Shown here piece after piece: positions 60,504 through 64,000 of a stretch of DNA of 64,000 nucleotides. Location: positions 30,905-94,904 of the forward strand of contig JBBSXN010000005.1 in the NCBI GenBank assembly GCA_038045765.1. Direction: 5' to 3'. This DNA is from Nanobdellota archaeon. GTDB taxonomy: Archaea; Nanobdellota; Nanobdellia; Pacearchaeales; GW2011-AR1. Both the position numbers and the translations under genes were made by a program. The notes under the pieces are model-generated. The model did no database searches and was not told where the DNA came from. It saw only the letters and a program-made list of their open reading frames with translations. Positions within the stretch are counted from its first letter, which is position 1. Every line of letters starts with the position of its first letter.

Positions 60504-60938
60504 ATGATTAAGAAAGGAGATAAAGTCAAAGTAGATTATGAGGGAAGATTTGAGTCTGGAGAAGTTTTCGACTCTTCAAGTCATGGAGACCATAATCATC
60601 CACTTGAGTTTACAATTGAGGAAGGACAGATGATTCCTGGCTTTGAAAAAAATATTATTGGAATGAAAAAAGGCGAGGAAAAAGAATTTGTAATTGAAGC
60701 TAAAGAAGGTTATGGTGAAATAAATTCTCATTTAATCAATAATGTTCCTAGAAATGCCTTGCCTCAAGACCAAGAACCTAAAGAAAATATGCAACTAATG
60801 GTAGGAACACCTGATGGAAGACAATTTCCTGCTAGAATAACTAAAGTTACTAATGATTTTGTTACTATTGATTTAAATCATCCTCTTGCTGGTAAAAAAC
60901 TAATATTCAAAGTTAAGATTCTTGAAATTTCTAACTGA
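60504..60938 (+). CDS. FKBP-type peptidyl-prolyl cis-trans isomerase (SlyD-like, with insert-in-flap)
   Basis: GDKVKVDYEGRFESGEVFDSS, IPGFEKNIIGMKKGEEKEF, DLNHPLAGKKLIFKVKILEI. Confidence 0.8.
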   Translation: MIKKGDKVKVDYEGRFESGEVFDSSSHGDHNHPLEFTIEEGQMIPGFEKNIIGMKKGEEKEFVIEAKEGYGEINSHLINNVPRNALPQDQEPKENMQLMVGTPDGRQFPARITKVTNDFVTIDLNHPLAGKKLIFKVKILEISN

Positions 60939-60940
60939 GG

Positions 60941-61207
60941 TTATTCTTCTAAAGACTTTATCATAATCCAAATTATGATGACGCTGAAAATGGTTACTGT
61001 TAATGAAGTCAAAACACTTAATACGTTTAAACTTTGAACTGATATAATTGATTGGATAAAGCTTTTTGTCGCATTAAATACTGTTTCTCTCCAGGAAAAT
61101 GCTATTGTGAAAGCTAAAGTTAATATGACTAAGTATTTTATCTGGTGTATAAAATCTTTTTTAAATGAATCTCCGCCGAATAAAAATCTTTTAATATGTT
61201 CTTTCAT
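60941..61207 (-). CDS. small membrane protein
   Basis: 88 aa with two hydrophobic helices. 4-nt overlap with the upstream gene. Confidence 0.4.
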   Translation of the reverse strand: MKEHIKRFLFGGDSFKKDFIHQIKYLVILTLAFTIAFSWRETVFNATKSFIQSIISVQSLNVLSVLTSLTVTIFSVIIIWIMIKSLEE

Positions 61208-61932
61208 CTTTTATCATCGATCCAATGACCTATGCCTGCTCCGATTCCAAAGAAAATTAACATTAAAACTAGGGTTATTGGTAATCCAATTGTAATTGCA
61301 AAGAAGAATGTAGAGATAAAATTGGAAATATGTACTGAAACATATTCTCTAAATGAATCGCATCCTCCACCACCCCATGATTGCAGAAAATTACTTTCTT
61401 CACAACTTGTATCAAAAAGAGAAGGCACCACGACTAATGCAATAAGAACTGCTATTCCTATAAATCCTCCCTTTAACCAGTGTCTTAAATTTCTATGAGG
61501 TTTTATTTCGTGTCTGTGATATTTATGAATGTGCATACCTATAAAATTTATTATAATTGGTATGAATAGAAAACCTGAGAAATTTGATGTACCTGCTAAA
61601 ATCATCATGAAAATTGCGCTGATATTCGTGTTTTGATAAATGGCGTTTTCTTTTGCAAATTCATTTAATATAAGAATTGATGAAAAAGTTATAAATATGT
61701 TTATTATAAACCAGATAATTACTAGATAACTACCTGTAACAAGAAAGCTGTTTTGTTTCTTATTCTTAATCTTATCTCTTTCTAAGATAAATGCTAATAT
61801 TATGAAAATTAGCGCACATAAATCTGAAACTGAATTAAGTAACGTACCTTTCCATATATCTAAGACTATCTTAGTTATGAAAACAAGAGCAATTATGCCT
61901 GCAGAAGTATAGTATATTTTTCTAGCTTCCAT
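61204..61932 (-). CDS. polytopic membrane protein
   Basis: 242 aa with at least 6 hydrophobic helices. No motif recognised. Confidence 0.45.
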   Translation of the reverse strand: MEARKIYYTSAGIIALVFITKIVLDIWKGTLLNSVSDLCALIFIILAFILERDKIKNKKQNSFLVTGSYLVIIWFIINIFITFSSILILNEFAKENAIYQNTNISAIFMMILAGTSNFSGFLFIPIIINFIGMHIHKYHRHEIKPHRNLRHWLKGGFIGIAVLIALVVVPSLFDTSCEESNFLQSWGGGGCDSFREYVSVHISNFISTFFFAITIGLPITLVLMLIFFGIGAGIGHWIDDKR

Positions 61933-61960
61933 CTTTTTATTATTAAAGAGAGGTGATTTA

Positions 61961-61984
61961 AATAGTTATTGGGCAATAACTATT
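61961..61984. promoter_or_regulatory. perfect 10-bp inverted repeat AATAGTTATT-GGGC-AATAACTATT in a divergent promoter region
   Basis: Read directly. Lies between 61932 (minus-strand gene) and 62030 (plus-strand gene encoding an HTH-containing protein). Confidence 0.4.
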
Positions 61985-62029
61985 TGGTTTTACCAGTATC
62001 TTTTTATAGCTTGATTTAACCTAAATAAT

Positions 62030-62641
62030 ATGGGTAGAAAAAGAAAAGAAACAGATGAAAAAGGACCTGGAATAGCTGATAGAGAATTTGAAAATCTGAG
62101 GGCTCCTGAGGACGTTCATATGGATGTACTTGATTTTCTTATTCCTAATGTGGAAGGAGGTAATCGGTTGTATTCTGCTGCTCAGGGTTTAAAGATTGAA
62201 GCAGTTCATCAATTTGGGAGATACACTGGAAAAGAATTAGTCGCGAAAGGGGCTAAAAGAGAAGATATAGGTAATTTGGAAAAGGCCTTAGAACCTTTGG
62301 GAATAAGACTTAAAGATTCTGATAGTGGTAAAGTAAAAGGGTATAAAAGATTAGAACATAATAATAGAAAGACTTATGCTTTAGTAAATTATAAGGTTAA
62401 ATTAGAGGGGGCAGATAAAGTCTGGGTGAATGATGTTTATGTGTCTGTTCCTAAAACTGGAAGACATGTTTTGACTCAAGACCAACTCTATAAAATGTTT
62501 GAAGGGTATAAGAAAAATCCTGACTTTGATGCCTTGGCTAGCAAAGTTGGAGTAAGTCGTTTTACAGTTATTGTTTACTTAAACAAATCAGGAATATTGA
62601 GAAGAGCAGAAGACTTGAGGGCTGAAGGTTTGTTAAAATAG
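62030..62641 (+). CDS. putative DNA-binding protein (HhH-like middle region, C-terminal HTH)
   Basis: C-terminal ALASKVGVSRFTVIVYLNKSGI is HTH-like. Basic N-terminus MGRKRKE. No family recognised. Confidence 0.4.
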   Translation: MGRKRKETDEKGPGIADREFENLRAPEDVHMDVLDFLIPNVEGGNRLYSAAQGLKIEAVHQFGRYTGKELVAKGAKREDIGNLEKALEPLGIRLKDSDSGKVKGYKRLEHNNRKTYALVNYKVKLEGADKVWVNDVYVSVPKTGRHVLTQDQLYKMFEGYKKNPDFDALASKVGVSRFTVIVYLNKSGILRRAEDLRAEGLLK

Positions 62642-62675
62642 GTTAATTTTCCCTTGTAAATATCTAAAACGACGG

Positions 62676-62924
62676 TTAATGAAGCTTGTGCGAACCTTTT
62701 TTTGACTTTTTAATATCGAGTGTGGTTGAATTATCTTTAAACTTACTCCAAAGAGCAAAACCTAAATAAACCAACCATAGAATTACTCCAATAATACCAA
62801 AAATAAAGTATAAAAATATACCTATTGCATAACCTTCTGTAGTTCCATCTATAATGAATAAGACTAATCCTATGGCTGTGATTGTATATATTACATTAAA
62901 CCAAAACATTTTTGAATATTTCAT
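62676..62924 (-). CDS. small membrane protein (2 TM)
   Basis: 82 aa with two hydrophobic helices and a basic tail. Confidence 0.4.
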   Translation of the reverse strand: MKYSKMFWFNVIYTITAIGLVLFIIDGTTEGYAIGIFLYFIFGIIGVILWLVYLGFALWSKFKDNSTTLDIKKSKKGSHKLH

Positions 62925-62972
62925 TTTTAGCTTAATTAAATTAATCTTTTTACATTAATATACTTTCCTATC

Positions 62973-62994
62973 GGGCGCGGAAGGCGCTTCGCGC
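62973..62994. other. isolated GC-rich hairpin GGCGCGGAAG-GCG-CTTCGCGCC (one bulge)
   Basis: Read directly. It is the only GC-rich element in an AT-rich 94-nt spacer between two minus-strand genes. Confidence 0.35.
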
Positions 62995-63018
62995 CTATTT
63001 ACTATTGTGGCTATTTTC

Positions 63019-63213
63019 TTAGTAATACTGCCCAAACAACTGTAGAACTCCGAATAGAATAAGATAGATGCCTACTCCCCAACGTAGAAGACTTGGCCAG
63101 ACTAGAACTAGAATACCTAGAATTATTGCAAGTACAGCCGAGATTGTTATTGAAATTAAGGCCATATTGTGTCTAGTTCTATGGGGTATATATAATGATG
63201 TAGTTTGGAGCAA
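63019..63213 (-). CDS. DUF3096-like small membrane protein
   Basis: AVLAIILGILVLVWPSLLRWGVGIYLILFGVLQLF fits my recollection of DUF3096. Confidence 0.5.
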   Translation of the reverse strand: MLQTTSLYIPHRTRHNMALISITISAVLAIILGILVLVWPSLLRWGVGIYLILFGVLQLFGQYY

Positions 63214-63224
63214 TACAACAAGTC

Positions 63225-63473
63225 CTATTGTTCATCTTTATGATATAAGTCTAAAACTATAATAGTCTCTTCTTCTGTGTCATATGCATATGAAAGCCTA
63301 AACGGTGGAAGATACACTTCTCGCGTACCCTTTCGATCGTGTTTCATCGGTTTTCCTATTTCGGGATTCTCTTGTATTTTAAGAATTAATTTTGCTACTC
63401 TTTCTCTGATAAGGCCATCTTTCACTTTTGCGATAGTTCTTTTGAACTGTTCATCAAAGTCTATTTTTACCAT
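63225..63473 (-). CDS. RelE/ParE-family type II toxin
   Basis: 82 aa. FKRTIAKVKD...IQENPEIGKPMKHDRKGTREVYLPPFRLSYAYD...IIVLDLYHKDE shows the RelE/StbE pattern. 7-nt overlap with the upstream antitoxin. Confidence 0.6.
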   Translation of the reverse strand: MVKIDFDEQFKRTIAKVKDGLIRERVAKLILKIQENPEIGKPMKHDRKGTREVYLPPFRLSYAYDTEEETIIVLDLYHKDEQ

Positions 63474-63736
63474 TTCTTCATTTCTTTGAGAAACTCATTC
63501 ACTTCCATTCTTTTAAACTCACCACGATCATGTCTTTTCCAGGCTTCTTCTGTTCTTCTTGCAAATTCTAGATCTTCCTTAAAATTAATATCTGCATCAG
63601 CTTCTCTTTTAATAATTAAAGTATTACCTTCTTCGATGAATATGATTGAATCTCCTTCTTTGTATTTACCTCTTAAACGTACTGGAATTACTACCTGTCC
63701 CTTCGAGCTTATTTTTCCTACTTCAAATTGTACCAT
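63467..63736 (-). CDS. AbrB/SpoVT-family antitoxin
   Basis: Start moved to ATG 63736: MVQFEVGKISSKGQVVIPVRLRGKYKEGDSIIF (looped-hinge-helix motif). Confidence 0.65.
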   Translation of the reverse strand: MVQFEVGKISSKGQVVIPVRLRGKYKEGDSIIFIEEGNTLIIKREADADINFKEDLEFARRTEEAWKRHDRGEFKRMEVNEFLKEMKKW

Positions 63737-63883
63737 GATAAGTAAGGTGCACCTTACTTTATATATTTTTCTATGCATGAAGATTTAAGCTGAATATCTT
63801 GCTCTTTTTCATGTGTATGAATTTTAGTAAGACGAATGTTTCGGTCTCTAAAGATTTATATAGTTATTTAATCTTATTTTGAT

Positions 63884-64000
63884 ATGAAAATATTAAAAGA
63901 GAAGTCTCGTGAGTACAAAGGTCAAGCTTATTATAAGTATAAAGTTAACATTCCTGAAATGGTACTGTCCAGTTCATCTTTAGAAGTAGGTGATGAATTA
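63884..64000 (+). CDS. AbrB-like protein, 5' part only (runs off right edge)
   Basis: Own translation from ATG 63884: MKILKEKSREYKGQAYYKYKVNIPEMVLSSSSLEVGDEL. The 'v.iP..v....l..GDel' pattern suggests SpoVT/AbrB. Confidence 0.35.
   Translation, partial: MKILKEKSREYKGQAYYKYKVNIPEMVLSSSSLEVGDEL

Overview
AT-rich archaeal chromosome segment. The archaeal assignment rests on PCNA, an AEP primase with a PriL-like tail, Mre11-Rad50, proteasome beta, aCPSF1, a class-I CCA enzyme, SRP RNA and tRNA-Thr. Tight gene packing, TATA boxes about 22-27 nt upstream of start codons, trimmed replication/repair proteins and huge Cys-rich surface proteins suggest a small-genome DPANN-type archaeon; this is inference only. 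All calls come from motif recognition in the supplied translations and my own reading of the DNA, with no database search. The dominant feature is a 24.6-kb block (14.1-38.7 kb). It starts with a type IV filament operon: 3 pilins, a FlaI/PilB-type ATPase, an unannotated 53-aa ORF, a split TadB/TadC-like platform and 2 more pilin-like genes. This runs straight into a membrane-anchored phage-tail-collar-like protein and five secreted proteins of 997, 1743, 419, 1312 and 889 aa. Those carry glycine-rich, discoidin, LamG, PKD, transglutaminase-like and Myxococcus-type Cys-repeat modules. Two of the giants share a 1.36-kb mosaic C-terminal module ending in a possible sorting signal (PFFG + TM + basic tail). 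I read the block as a candidate cell-cell (host) attachment apparatus. Other points worth a second look: three paralogs of a swivel phosphohistidine (PEP-utilising mobile domain) protein lacking an ATP-grasp domain, two of them in tandem next to a membrane-anchored histidine phosphatase; an ArmA/RmtB-type 16S rRNA methyltransferase homolog embedded antisense in the pilus operon; a secreted SNase-LTD nuclease pair; a bacterial-looking OMP beta-barrel ORF; a compact SRP RNA masked by a spurious ORF; a recurrent ATCTTGA(C) motif in pilus/adhesin promoters and terminators; and a RelE/AbrB toxin-antitoxin pair at the right edge. No CRISPR array, rRNA, transposase or integrase was seen.
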